A stretch of DNA of 38,699 nucleotides from Eubacteriales bacterium (GCA_045593965.1 JAZNXP010000032.1:1-38699); one strand, 5' to 3'. Counted from the stretch's first letter, positions 8,151 through 17,307 are shown. The notes: generated by a model from the sequence alone, not told the origin. Numbers and translations: made by a program.

Positions 8151-8909
8151 TTATTGATTGGATGTCTGTCTTCTGCGATATTGCAGGATCGCTTCTGCCA
8201 GAGGAAGATCCTCGGGCGTCGTGATCTTCAAGTTTTCAGCACCGCACTCCACGAGCTGGATCTGATATCCCATGTGCTCCAGCAAGGAATTGTCATCCGT
8301 GCCTTCAAAGGCATCAGCTTCCGCTTTTTGAAGTGCCGCTGCATATAGCGTCGTATGGAAGATCTGCGGTGTTTGCACCTGCCACAAATGCGTGCGGTCA
8401 ACTGTTTCCTTCACCGCGCCTGTAACCGTCGCGCGTTTGACGGTATCGCTGATCTGATGACCCGCGCTTGCCGCCTCATAGCGATATGCGCGGAGCGCGA
8501 TCTTGGCGATCTGTTGCGGTGTTGTCAGGCAACGCGCACCGTCCGCGATTGCAACGTATTTGATCTTTGCGTCAAGCTTCGCAAAGCCTTTTTTTGCGGA
8601 TTCCTGACGGGTGCTTCCGCCTGCGACGATGTGGCGGAGCTTTTTAATTTTATAGGTCTGCGCGATGCTGTAGATGTCTGCAAAGTCCTCGGGACGTGCA
8701 ACAACGACGATGTCCTGAATGAGAGAGCATTGTTGATAAGCCATTAACGTATGTGCCAGAACGGGGAACCCATCTACCAAACTGGTCTGTTTGTTGACAT
8801 TTTCACCCATCCGAGTGGAATTGCCCGCGGCAAGGATAACAGCCGCAGTGGGGTTCTGAGAAATGTTTTTTGCAAGGATCTTTGCAAGCTTTTTCATTTT
8901 TAAAGCCAT
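8151..8909 (-). CDS. ispD: 2-C-methyl-D-erythritol 4-phosphate cytidylyltransferase
   Basis: ILAAGNSTRMG, GGSTRQES, DGAR, QTPQIF, TDD, NLKITTPEDL; directly upstream of ispF. Confidence 0.95.
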   Translation of the reverse strand: MALKMKKLAKILAKNISQNPTAAVILAAGNSTRMGENVNKQTSLVDGFPVLAHTLMAYQQCSLIQDIVVVARPEDFADIYSIAQTYKIKKLRHIVAGGSTRQESAKKGFAKLDAKIKYVAIADGARCLTTPQQIAKIALRAYRYEAASAGHQISDTVKRATVTGAVKETVDRTHLWQVQTPQIFHTTLYAAALQKAEADAFEGTDDNSLLEHMGYQIQLVECGAENLKITTPEDLPLAEAILQYRRRQTSNQ

Positions 8910-8935
8910 GGCGACCTCCTAAAATATATGTTCTG

Positions 8936-9394
8936 TTAATTGTTTTCGGATTGTTCGATCGCGGTGATCATATCTACGCGACGTTGGTGCTTTCCACCCT
9001 CAAAATCAGCATCGATGAAGCTATCGACCAGATCGCAGGCAAGTCCCATGCCGACCACGCGTTCGCCAAAGCAAAGCACGTTTGCATCGTTGTGTAAGCG
9101 CGTCAATCTTGCGCTGAAGGTGTCGGAGCAAGCTGCGGCACGAATGCCCTTGTGCTTATTTGCTGCCATCGACATTCCAATTCCCGTTCCGCAGATCAGA
9201 ATTCCAAGCTCGGTAACACCGTCCTGCACGTTTTTGCAGACTGCGTGCGCGAAATTCGGGTAATCACAGCTCTCTGAAGAATCGGTTCCGACGTCAATGA
9301 TCTCGATGCCTCTCTCGCGAAGATGCGCGATGACCTTCAGCTTCAATTCGTATCCTGCGTGATCGCAGCCGATGGTGATGATGTTGTTTTTCAT
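8936..9394 (-). CDS. rpiB: Ribose-5-phosphate isomerase B
   Basis: GCDHAG, ICGTGIGMS, RLHNDAN, FEGGKHQRR. Start moved to ATG 9394 behind AAAGGA. Confidence 0.95.
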   Translation of the reverse strand: MKNNIITIGCDHAGYELKLKVIAHLRERGIEIIDVGTDSSESCDYPNFAHAVCKNVQDGVTELGILICGTGIGMSMAANKHKGIRAAACSDTFSARLTRLHNDANVLCFGERVVGMGLACDLVDSFIDADFEGGKHQRRVDMITAIEQSENN

Positions 9395-9413
9395 GGCGGA
9401 AATCCTTTCTTTG

Positions 9414-10121
9414 TCAGCAATTTTGCGCATTTGCCCGTTCGCGTTCCATGCGTTCACGCTCTGCCTGGGAGAGACGAAGATACACGGGGGAAAGCTCGGT
9501 ATCGGTGGTGCGCACTCCGTCGTCATACATCCTTTTAGCCACCTGCGCGACGGAATATGCACTTTGCGGACGCAAGCGTGCGGGTGTTGGGATGATGCTG
9601 TGTGTCAACAGATCAAGTGTCATATCATAGCCGTCACCGCAAAGCCTGACGGGTTCATCATATGCGGAAAGAATCTGATCCAGCTCCGAGATCGCGATCG
9701 CGGAATCGGGCATCAAACGCTCCAAATTACCGTTTTTACAGCGGAAGAGAGCCGTATAGACCTGCTTTCTTCTCGCGTTCATGACAGGACAGATCAATCC
9801 GTCAGCCACCGTCAGATTGGTAGCGAGTGCCTCCAGGGTCGATACGCCGATGCAAGGCTTATTGCGTCCGAACGCCAACCCTTTGACGGTTGCCGCGCCG
9901 ATGCGGACACCTGTGAAGGATCCGGGTCCTGCGGAGAGTGCGAAGAGATCAATCTCGTTTGGGGTAAGCCCAAAGTGCTTGAGCAGGGATTCCACCATCG
10001 GAAGGAGGGTCTCGCTATGGGTATTTCCGTTTTGAATTGTATATTCGCCAAGCAGAGCATCATCCTCGCAAAGCGCGACGGATGCTGCAATGGCGGTGCT
10101 GTCAAGTGCCAATATTTTCAT
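9414..10121 (-). CDS. tsaB: tRNA t6A biosynthesis protein TsaB
   Basis: MKILALDST, GPGSFTGVRIG, NARRKQVY, PVYLR; start 10121 behind AAGGAG. Confidence 0.95.
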   Translation of the reverse strand: MKILALDSTAIAASVALCEDDALLGEYTIQNGNTHSETLLPMVESLLKHFGLTPNEIDLFALSAGPGSFTGVRIGAATVKGLAFGRNKPCIGVSTLEALATNLTVADGLICPVMNARRKQVYTALFRCKNGNLERLMPDSAIAISELDQILSAYDEPVRLCGDGYDMTLDLLTHSIIPTPARLRPQSAYSVAQVAKRMYDDGVRTTDTELSPVYLRLSQAERERMERERANAQNC

Positions 10122-10123
10122 AG

Positions 10124-10585
10124 TTACAGATTCTCCTTGATCCATTCCGCCGTGATGGTGCGCAGGTCGGGATTGGAAGCATCGCTTTTTCGAATCGTTA
10201 CGCGAAGATGCTCATCGGGAATGGCATAGGGGATATTTTCACTCCATTCCACAAGACAAATGCCCGAACGGTCCAAATAATCGTAAAAGCCGATAGACTC
10301 CAGATCGTCCTCACTTTCAATTCGGTACATATCGAAATGGAAGAGGGAGCGCGGCTTTGCGCGGTATTCATTGACCAGCGCAAAGGTAGGGGAACGGACG
10401 GTTGACGTCGGGGAAATGACGGATGCAAATCCACGGACAAATGCGGTCTTTCCCACTCCAAGATCTCCGTAAAGCGCGATAAAGCTCGGCAGAGAAGGAT
10501 CCTCGTTCAATGCGTTGGCAATGCTTGCTCCGAACGCTTCGGTCTCTTTCGGGGAAGCTGTTATCAATTCTTTTGGGAATAACAA
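10124..10585 (-). CDS. tsaE: tRNA t6A biosynthesis ATPase TsaE
   Basis: GDLGVGKT, SPTF, HFDMYR, LVEW; probable TTG start at 10585 behind GAGGAGG. Confidence 0.95.
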   Translation of the reverse strand: MLFPKELITASPKETEAFGASIANALNEDPSLPSFIALYGDLGVGKTAFVRGFASVISPTSTVRSPTFALVNEYRAKPRSLFHFDMYRIESEDDLESIGFYDYLDRSGICLVEWSENIPYAIPDEHLRVTIRKSDASNPDLRTITAEWIKENL

Positions 10586-10621
10586 GCCGATCCTCCTCAC
10601 TTTTTTATCATTCTTAATTCA

Positions 10622-10650
10622 AGTATAACATATTTTGTCACGTTTGTAAA
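10622..10650 (-). promoter_or_regulatory. Sigma-A promoter of the tsaE-tsaB-rpiB-ispD-ispF operon
   Basis: Minus strand TTTACA-N17-TATACT with extended -10 TG. Confidence 0.65.
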
Positions 10651-10696
10651 GAGTTTTTACGTCGATTTCTTACATAAAACGTATAAAATCAAGCTC

Positions 10697-10912
10697 TTAT
10701 TTCTTCTTATTTTTCAGTTCGGGCAACGATTGGCGGGAGCCGTCGGGGTACTCGATGACGGTGTGCTCCAGAACGCCCGTAAATTGCGCGCGAAAATCTG
10801 CGATATACTCGGCGCGCAGCTTTGCCTGTTCTTGTTTCTCCTCGTCGGTCAATCCAACGGTCTTGGCTTTTTTTGCCAATTCATTGATGCGCTCGACCTT
10901 TGCTTTTTCCAT
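10697..10912 (-). CDS. DUF896/UPF0291 (YnzC-like) small protein
   Basis: [28 protein letters not shown]; ATG 10912 behind AAGGAG. Confidence 0.9.
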   Translation of the reverse strand: MEKAKVERINELAKKAKTVGLTDEEKQEQAKLRAEYIADFRAQFTGVLEHTVIEYPDGSRQSLPELKNKKK

Positions 10913-10934
10913 TACAGAATTCTCCTTGTTTCGG

Positions 10935-11651
10935 TTAAATAATAAAGACGGTACCCGTGTCCAAAAGAGGGGAGGCGGTAAGCGATATCGGAATGCGATC
11001 ATGCTCCTTGCAAAACTTTATGATCTGCTCGGCTTGCGGATGAAGATCAATGCATCCGCAAAAGTACAGCTCTCTGATCGGATGATAGGGGGAGTGGGAG
11101 GTTGCGCCGCCGATAAAGCCCGTATCATATCCTTCCAGCTCGCATCCTTGTTTGTTGACCCAAAGCGTATCCACGCCGAACTCTTGCGCGACCTTTGCGA
11201 TGGATGGGTCGGCTGTGATCAGCGCATTGTCGGAAATCGGGATCACGGAGCATTTTGCGTATCCCTGACGCGTTGAACAAAGCTCATAATCCGATCGTTC
11301 AAGAATCTGGCGCGCTACATGTTTGGGGTTGCAGAACAGCTTCTTTCCGATCGCAACGGCATTAAAAGATATTTCATTTTCATATCCCTTCGAAAGCTCA
11401 CGGTCGCAAAGGCATATCGGTCTGCCTGTGATCGAAGAAATCAAATTCAGCTCTTCCTTGGCGATTTGCGCATAGAGTTTTGTGGTATAAATGACATCGG
11501 CAGCAAAGAAGAGGAGCATATCGGGATGAGATGCGATCGGGGAAGGAAGAAACGGATGCGCGGGCAGAAGGATCGGAACGTATCCACGCTTGAAGATCAC
11601 TTCGCAAAGCTCCGTCGGTGCCCGTTGATCCAGAATGGCATGCGTTGGCAT
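10935..11651 (-). CDS. Conserved clostridial hypothetical protein (DUF6873-like, possible pentein/GME fold)
   Basis: [28 protein letters not shown] and DTGT motifs recalled for this family; AAGGAG RBS. Confidence 0.7.
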   Translation of the reverse strand: MPTHAILDQRAPTELCEVIFKRGYVPILLPAHPFLPSPIASHPDMLLFFAADVIYTTKLYAQIAKEELNLISSITGRPICLCDRELSKGYENEISFNAVAIGKKLFCNPKHVARQILERSDYELCSTRQGYAKCSVIPISDNALITADPSIAKVAQEFGVDTLWVNKQGCELEGYDTGFIGGATSHSPYHPIRELYFCGCIDLHPQAEQIIKFCKEHDRIPISLTASPLLDTGTVFII

Positions 11652-11666
11652 GAAAATCTCCTTTTA

Positions 11667-11696
11667 AAAATAAAGGGCAGACACGCCGTGTCTGCC
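11667..11696 (-). terminator. Terminator after rpmB
   Basis: GGCAGACAC-GCC-GTGTCTGCC hairpin followed on the minus strand by CTTTATTTTT. Confidence 0.7.
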
Positions 11697-11723
11697 ATAA
11701 TCTTTATTTGCACGATGCGGCAA

Positions 11724-11894
11724 TTACGCCTTCTTCAGGGTGCGCAGGCAACGAGAGCAAACACTGATTGCTTTGCTGCCTTCAAGCTTTACCTTGCGAA
11801 TATTGGGCTTCCAGGTTCTGTTCGTCTTGCGGTGAGAGTGAGAAACGTTCTGACCGAAAACAACGCCTTTGCCACAGATACAACACTTTGCCAT
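11724..11894 (-). CDS. rpmB: 50S ribosomal protein L28 (zinc-ribbon form, 56 aa)
   Basis: Hand translation: MAKCCICGKGVVFGQNVSHSHRKTNRTWKPNIRKVKLEGSKAISVCSRCLRTLKKA; AGGAGG RBS. Below the ORF-track size cut-off. Confidence 0.96.
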   Translation of the reverse strand: MAKCCICGKGVVFGQNVSHSHRKTNRTWKPNIRKVKLEGSKAISVCSRCLRTLKKA

Positions 11895-11966
11895 TTTTGA
11901 CACCTCCTAAAAAACCTTTTACCGAAAAATCGACTTCGGTATGCAATTTACTTTACAACAAGGGTA

Positions 11967-11995
11967 ATTATACCATAAGTTTTTTGAAAATGCAA
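11967..11995 (-). promoter_or_regulatory. Sigma-A promoter of rpmB
   Basis: Minus strand TTGCAT-N17-TATAAT with TG extension. Confidence 0.75.
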
Positions 11996-12023
11996 GACTT
12001 TTTTTGAATTTTTTTAGATTTTT

Positions 12024-14147
12024 TTAATCTTTTTTTATTTTATTGCATATTTCTTCCAAATTCGTCTCCGTAAGTCCGTTTGCAAGGCAAACATCCGCAT
12101 CCTTTGCGTCCTTTTCGAAAGCGATGCACACCCCACCCATTTTTTTCATCACGGTGAGCGCAAAACGGATCTCTCTGTCGTCCGATAGGCTCGTTTCCTT
12201 GCAAAGCATCAGAACGTCCGCATTGAGGATCGAACGAGCAAGCGTTGATGTTTCGGTTTGATCGGAGAGCAAAAGCGTTACCTCTGCGCCGTGTCTGTTC
12301 AAAAGGGATGCGAGTGCTTGCGCGGCGGTGTCCTCGCCTTTGGCAAGAACGGTGATCATTGTTTTTTCAGACGGGATCAGGGAAGTCTTGCGAACGATTT
12401 GGATCGTTTCCTCTTCTTCGGAGGGATGCTCGTTGGATTGAACGGTTCCGATCTCACAAAGCGGAAGCTCTTCTTGGCTTTCAATCAAAAACGCGAGTGA
12501 AAGCGGTCCTTCGCCCGCAATTTTTTGGTCGGTGATGTGACACATCAGACCGTTTTTGCTCATTTGTGCCAAGGCATCCGTCGGGCTCTGACCGAGGATC
12601 ACACTACCGCTTTGAAGCTTTTTGGCTTTTGCCCATACGGTGATCTCGTTCAAGAGCTTTCTCAACGCGATGAAGACGGGAAGTCCGTTTTCATCGGTGG
12701 GAACAGAGACAAGATAAATACGGTTTCCGACCGTTTGCAAAGAATTCGGAAGCGGAGATTGCTTGGGTGCGCTTGCAAAGACCGTTGCTTGCGGATGCTC
12801 CGCGTTGCCTTTTGCAATCAGCTGATTGGAGTGCGCGGTAAGCGCCAGCTCTGCCTGCGCACGGTAAATACCGAGAATGGTGGCACAAGCTTCCCCAACG
12901 AGCGGATCGCGATACGCTTCCGTCGGAAGATTGATGCCGATCGAGAGCGCTTGCTTGGAATAATCACAGCCGCACAATGCGAGCACACAAACAGGCACAA
13001 GTGTCGTATAGAGTGCGTTCAGAAAGAAATTGTTGCTCGTTTTCGAGGAAGCATTCGCAACAAGAAGGTCCTTGATCGGGATCGCTTGCGTTTTGGGAGC
13101 GGTGGCGGGAAAAGACAGATAGGGATTGTCGATCAACGCTCCCGCAGAATGGGTAATGCAAAGAGGAGACGTGGGATCCTCACTTGCCAGATGTGCCGAT
13201 ACGGGACGCAGCAGAGGAAGCGCGCGTACGAAAGATGCATCCACGAAGAAGGTTTCTTTATTTACGCGAGTGATCTTCAGCATCGGTTGTGCGAGCACGT
13301 CGGCAAAATAGAGCACGTGAACGCCCTTGAGCGAGGCAAAGCGATAAAGATCCTTCAGGCTTTCTTTTGGTACACGCGCGATATATGTGCCCTCATAGCC
13401 ATCAGTCAGCAGAGAGAGCGGAACGGATTCGCCTGTTTTGGAGAGACATGAGAGATTGATCCATGCACCTGCCGAAATGGAGAGCACGGCTTTGATTAAT
13501 CCGCAACGGTCGACTGTTTTCAGACTTGTGATCTGATCCGTAACGGCGGAAGCGTTAAGAAAAGCACCCAATGCGCAGTGATAGTCTCCGGCGGATTGCT
13601 TCTCTCCTTGCGTGAGCATGACGATGCAGTCATCGGTCTCTTGTTTTTTTGTTTGGTGAGAAAGCACGCGGATGCGAAAATCAGAGCCGAGCGGCAGAAG
13701 GGTGTTTTCTTCTGCGTTGGAAAGGGAAAAGGCGGTACGATCTTCAAGAAGCGGCAGAGAAGCGGTGGGATCGGTGTGTTTTCCGATCCGATCGAGATAC
13801 TCCGTTATCGTTTGGAGTGCTTCACCGAAGCCGCAGGGGGCTTTGATGCTCTGATGACACAGCTCGCGCTTTTTCATCAGATCGGCATACGTCTGTGCCA
13901 CAAAAGCATCGTTCGTCAAAAGCTCGGTCGGAGCGATCGCCGATGCGTCCGAGGACATCTGTGCGAAAAAGTGATCCCAAAGCATCAGCTCATCGATCTG
14001 CGGATCTCTCTTTGCCTTGGTACGATAATATGAAGATGCGAATTGAAGTGCCTGCACAGGCATTTTCAAATTCAGATCCTTTTTCATTTGCTCCAGCTGA
14101 GGCACTTGGTAGGAGCGAAAATTTTTAATCAAACCCAAAAGTTCCAT
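12024..14147 (-). CDS. Degenerate PurL (FGAM synthase)-like protein, probably catalytically inactive
   Basis: Collinear similarity to clostridial large PurL (LNLKM..LQFASSYY..KRDPQIDEL; CATILGIYRAQAEL; GNRIYLV..DENGLP; truncated glutaminase-like C-terminus), with active-site motifs absent; AAAGGA RBS. Confidence 0.7.
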   Translation of the reverse strand: MELLGLIKNFRSYQVPQLEQMKKDLNLKMPVQALQFASSYYRTKAKRDPQIDELMLWDHFFAQMSSDASAIAPTELLTNDAFVAQTYADLMKKRELCHQSIKAPCGFGEALQTITEYLDRIGKHTDPTASLPLLEDRTAFSLSNAEENTLLPLGSDFRIRVLSHQTKKQETDDCIVMLTQGEKQSAGDYHCALGAFLNASAVTDQITSLKTVDRCGLIKAVLSISAGAWINLSCLSKTGESVPLSLLTDGYEGTYIARVPKESLKDLYRFASLKGVHVLYFADVLAQPMLKITRVNKETFFVDASFVRALPLLRPVSAHLASEDPTSPLCITHSAGALIDNPYLSFPATAPKTQAIPIKDLLVANASSKTSNNFFLNALYTTLVPVCVLALCGCDYSKQALSIGINLPTEAYRDPLVGEACATILGIYRAQAELALTAHSNQLIAKGNAEHPQATVFASAPKQSPLPNSLQTVGNRIYLVSVPTDENGLPVFIALRKLLNEITVWAKAKKLQSGSVILGQSPTDALAQMSKNGLMCHITDQKIAGEGPLSLAFLIESQEELPLCEIGTVQSNEHPSEEEETIQIVRKTSLIPSEKTMITVLAKGEDTAAQALASLLNRHGAEVTLLLSDQTETSTLARSILNADVLMLCKETSLSDDREIRFALTVMKKMGGVCIAFEKDAKDADVCLANGLTETNLEEICNKIKKD

Positions 14148-14183
14148 TTTTTGATCCTTTCATTCGTCTTCGCGCGTATTCGA

Positions 14184-15497
14184 TCAGATCCGAAGCGTTC
14201 CAATGCATCGGTTGCCGTTATGGCGTTCAATATGCACGGGAAGCGTACACGCCTGCAACGCGCGGTCGGCTTGGCATGCCACTTCAATAAATTCTGCGGT
14301 ATGACCGTATGCGATATGATCTGTGTAGGTTTCAAATAAAACGTCCACCGTTTTTCCGATCATGCTTTCCAGAATGGAAGCTCTTGCGCACGCGGCGACA
14401 TCGGAAAGACGGGTGACACGCTCATGCTTGATTTGCTCGGGGATCTGTCCGTCCATCGTTGCGGCAACGGTTCCTTTTCGCTTGGAATAGGGAAATACGT
14501 GTACCATCAAAAAGCCCGCTTCCTTGACAAATTCAAGAGAGTCTTCAAAATCCGCTTCGGACTCGTGCGGGAAGCCCACGATCATATCGGTCGTGAACTG
14601 CACGGTCGGAAACGCCTTCCTTAAACGTTCCATGCCGTCCAAAGCCATGCGGCGATTGTATTTCCGCTTCATCAAGGCAAGTATTTTATCCGATGCGCTT
14701 TGCATGGAAAGGTGAAAGTGCGGTGCCAAGGATTTCAAGGTCGCGATGCGATCCACAAAATCCTGTTTCATCAGGGACGGATCAAGAGAGCCGAGTCGGA
14801 TCCGCCCGACGTTGGGGATCCGATCGATCTCGCAAAGCAGGTCGGCAAGCCCGTAGCCTTCAAGGTCTTTGCCGTACGAAGCGGTTTCGATGCCCGTCAG
14901 AACGATCTCGCGGCACCCGTTTTCGGTCAGCACGCGCACTTCCTCAAGTACCTGATCGGGATCCTTGGAGCGCACCGTTCCGCGCGCGCTCGGGATGATG
15001 CAATACGCGCATTTGTTCTCACAACCGTCCTCAATCTTCACGTATGCGCGTGTACGGTCAAACCGTGTGATCTGCATGCGCTCAAAGCCGTTTTGATCGG
15101 GGGTGGAGAGCTTCATGATGGGAGACGGTGCTTTTTGTCCGTTTTTCAAAAGCTCCAGCGCCGCCGTCACGACCGAGAGCTTATTGGAATTTCCTCCAAC
15201 GTAGTCCACGCCCTTGATGCTTGCTACCTCTTCGGGGGATACCTGAGAAAAACATCCGATCACAAGGATGTATGCTTTTGGATTGTTTCGGATGGCACGG
15301 CGGATGAATTGGCGTGCTTTTCTGTCCGACTCCGCGGTCACCGTACAGGTGTTGATCACGTAAACGTCGCATACCTGCGAGGGTGGGAGTATACTTGCGC
15401 CGCGTGCGATAAACGCTTCGGCGATCGCCTCGGATTCATATTGATTGACCTTGCAACCGAGGGTATAGATCCCAACGGAAAAAGAGGAATGTGACAT
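14184..15497 (-). CDS. mtaB: tRNA ms2t6A37 methylthiotransferase MtaB
   Basis: TLGCKVNQYESE, NTCTVT, radical-SAM CENKCAYCIIP..RG, HVFPYSKRKGT. True start is ATG 15497 behind AAGGAG. Confidence 0.93.
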   Translation of the reverse strand: MSHSSFSVGIYTLGCKVNQYESEAIAEAFIARGASILPPSQVCDVYVINTCTVTAESDRKARQFIRRAIRNNPKAYILVIGCFSQVSPEEVASIKGVDYVGGNSNKLSVVTAALELLKNGQKAPSPIMKLSTPDQNGFERMQITRFDRTRAYVKIEDGCENKCAYCIIPSARGTVRSKDPDQVLEEVRVLTENGCREIVLTGIETASYGKDLEGYGLADLLCEIDRIPNVGRIRLGSLDPSLMKQDFVDRIATLKSLAPHFHLSMQSASDKILALMKRKYNRRMALDGMERLRKAFPTVQFTTDMIVGFPHESEADFEDSLEFVKEAGFLMVHVFPYSKRKGTVAATMDGQIPEQIKHERVTRLSDVAACARASILESMIGKTVDVLFETYTDHIAYGHTAEFIEVACQADRALQACTLPVHIERHNGNRCIGTLRI

Positions 15498-15528
15498 AAA
15501 AGCTCCTTGGATAAAAACGTTCATCTCT

Positions 15529-15557
15529 ATTGTACCATGTTTTTTTTGAATTGTAAA
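15529..15557 (-). promoter_or_regulatory. Sigma-A promoter of mtaB (and probably the PurL-like gene)
   Basis: Minus strand TTTACA-N17-TACAAT with TG extension. Confidence 0.65.
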
Positions 15558-15598
15558 GAAAAAACACAAAAAAAGAATGTCGAATTTGCAAATTATAC

Positions 15599-15627
15599 TT
15601 GAAAAGAGAGGAGAATCGGTGTATAAT
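15599..15627 (+). promoter_or_regulatory. Sigma-A promoter of upp, divergent from mtaB
   Basis: TTGAAA-N17-TATAAT. Confidence 0.75.
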
Positions 15628-15656
15628 GAAGGTAATAAAAATAAAGGAGTGCGGTT

Positions 15657-16286
15657 ATGAGTGAATTGCATATTGTAAATCATCCCCTGATCACCCACAA
15701 GCTTTCGATCATGCGCAATAAGAAAACGGGTTCCAAGGATTTCCGCGAAATGCTGAACGAGATTGCGATGCTGATGGGCTATGAGCTGACGAGAGATCTC
15801 CCCTTGGAGGACATTCCGATCGAAACGCCTTTGACAAAAATGAAAGCAAAGATGATCTCGGGCAAGAAGCTGGCGATCGTTCCGATTCTGCGTGCGGGAC
15901 TCGGCATGGTGGACGGTCTTCTGGATCTCATTCCCGTGGCGAAGGTAGGTCATATCGGTCTTTACCGCGATCCCGAAACACATCTGCCGGTCGAATATTA
16001 TTGCAAGCTTCCGCCTGACATTCACAACCGCATCGTTATTCTCGTGGATCCGATGCTGGCAACGGGTGGCTCTGCGGTCGATGCGTTGAATATGCTCAAG
16101 GCAAAGGGCTGCTGTAACATTCGTTTCATGTGTCTGGTCGCAGCCCCCGAAGGTGTGAAGAAGGTGCAGGAGGCGCATCCTGACGTGGATATCTATACCG
16201 CTTCCTTGGACGATTGTCTCAACGAGCATGCCTATATCGTACCCGGATTGGGAGATGCGGGTGACCGTATTTTCGGAACTCTGTAA
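15657..16286 (+). CDS. upp: Uracil phosphoribosyltransferase
   Basis: [35 protein letters not shown]. Confidence 0.98.
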   Translation: MSELHIVNHPLITHKLSIMRNKKTGSKDFREMLNEIAMLMGYELTRDLPLEDIPIETPLTKMKAKMISGKKLAIVPILRAGLGMVDGLLDLIPVAKVGHIGLYRDPETHLPVEYYCKLPPDIHNRIVILVDPMLATGGSAVDALNMLKAKGCCNIRFMCLVAAPEGVKKVQEAHPDVDIYTASLDDCLNEHAYIVPGLGDAGDRIFGTL

Positions 16287-16341
16287 GTAAAAAAAGGAGA
16301 ACGGGGAAGCTTTGATAAGGTTCCCCGTTATTAAATTATCT

Positions 16342-17307
16342 ATGAGGATCATAACTGTCCGCAAAAACGATGCGGGACAACGGCTTGATAAGTTCCTTTC
16401 AAAGGCGATCAAGGGATTGCCGATGTCGATGATGTATAAATACATCCGAACAAAGAAGATCAAGGTCAACCGTGCGCGTACGCAGCAGAATTATATGCTT
16501 TGCGAGGGAGATGAAATTCAGCTCTTTATCAGAGAAGAGTTTTTCGGCTCTCCGGAGGAGGACAAAGGCGCGCTTTTCCGTATTGTTCCGAAGCTGAGCA
16601 TTCTTTATGAGGATGAGCATATCTTGCTTCTGAACAAGCGCCCGGGAGTTCTTGTGCATGAGGACACCGCTGCTGCCGAAAATACGCTTTTGATGCATAT
16701 GCAGGCATATCTTGCGCAAAAAGGAGAATACGATCCCGAGAATGAACAGTCCTTCGCCCCCGCGCTTTGCAACCGCATCGACAGAAATACGGGTGGCATC
16801 GTGATCGCGGCAAAAACGGCGGAAGCGTTACGTGAAATGAATGAAAAGATCCGATTGGATCAGGTGAAGAAATTCTATCTGTGCGCCGTCCACGGCATTC
16901 CGCAAAAAACTTCTGTTACGCTGCATGGATGGCTCCGTAAGAACAGCGCGGAAAACATGGTGGAGATCTCGGATGAAAAGCGACAGGGCTTTAAGGAGAT
17001 CATCACCAAATACCGTGTTTTGAAAAAGAAAAACGGAAACGCATTGCTGGAGGTGGAGCTGGTCACGGGAAGAACACATCAGATCCGCGCGCATCTTTCT
17101 CATATCGGACATCCGCTCTTGGGAGACGGAAAATACGGTATCAACCGTGCGGAGCGCACAGCGGGATATAAGTATCAGGCGTTGTATGCGTACCGTTTAA
17201 AGTTTGTATTTGAAAACAGCGAAGGAGCTCTTGGATACCTGAACGGGAAGTCCTTTGAGCTTCCTTTGCGGGAAGTTTGGTTTTTAAAGGATTTTGATCA
17301 TGAATGA
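16342..17307 (+). CDS. RluA-family pseudouridine synthase with S4 domain (RluC/RluD-like)
   Basis: GQRLDKFL S4 motif, NKRPG, catalytic RIDRNTGG, TGRTHQIRAH, GDGKYG. Start is ATG 16342 or TTG 16312. Confidence 0.93.
   Translation: MRIITVRKNDAGQRLDKFLSKAIKGLPMSMMYKYIRTKKIKVNRARTQQNYMLCEGDEIQLFIREEFFGSPEEDKGALFRIVPKLSILYEDEHILLLNKRPGVLVHEDTAAAENTLLMHMQAYLAQKGEYDPENEQSFAPALCNRIDRNTGGIVIAAKTAEALREMNEKIRLDQVKKFYLCAVHGIPQKTSVTLHGWLRKNSAENMVEISDEKRQGFKEIITKYRVLKKKNGNALLEVELVTGRTHQIRAHLSHIGHPLLGDGKYGINRAERTAGYKYQALYAYRLKFVFENSEGALGYLNGKSFELPLREVWFLKDFDHE

Noticed and set aside
12525-13451. 308-aa plus-strand ORF as the alternative gene in the PurL-like region
   Set aside because: Arg-rich shadow translation with no motif. 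The minus-strand 707-aa frame has the RBS and collinear PurL similarity.
12024-14147. Annotating the 707-aa ORF as functional purL or as a pseudogene
   Set aside because: Catalytic motifs are missing, so purL is not justified. The frame and RBS are intact, so pseudogene is not supported either.
15498-16469. 324-aa N-terminal extension of MtaB in the 761-aa track ORF
   Set aside because: It is the stop-free antisense frame of upp and the rluA-family gene. MtaB homology, RBS and promoter all point to ATG 15497.
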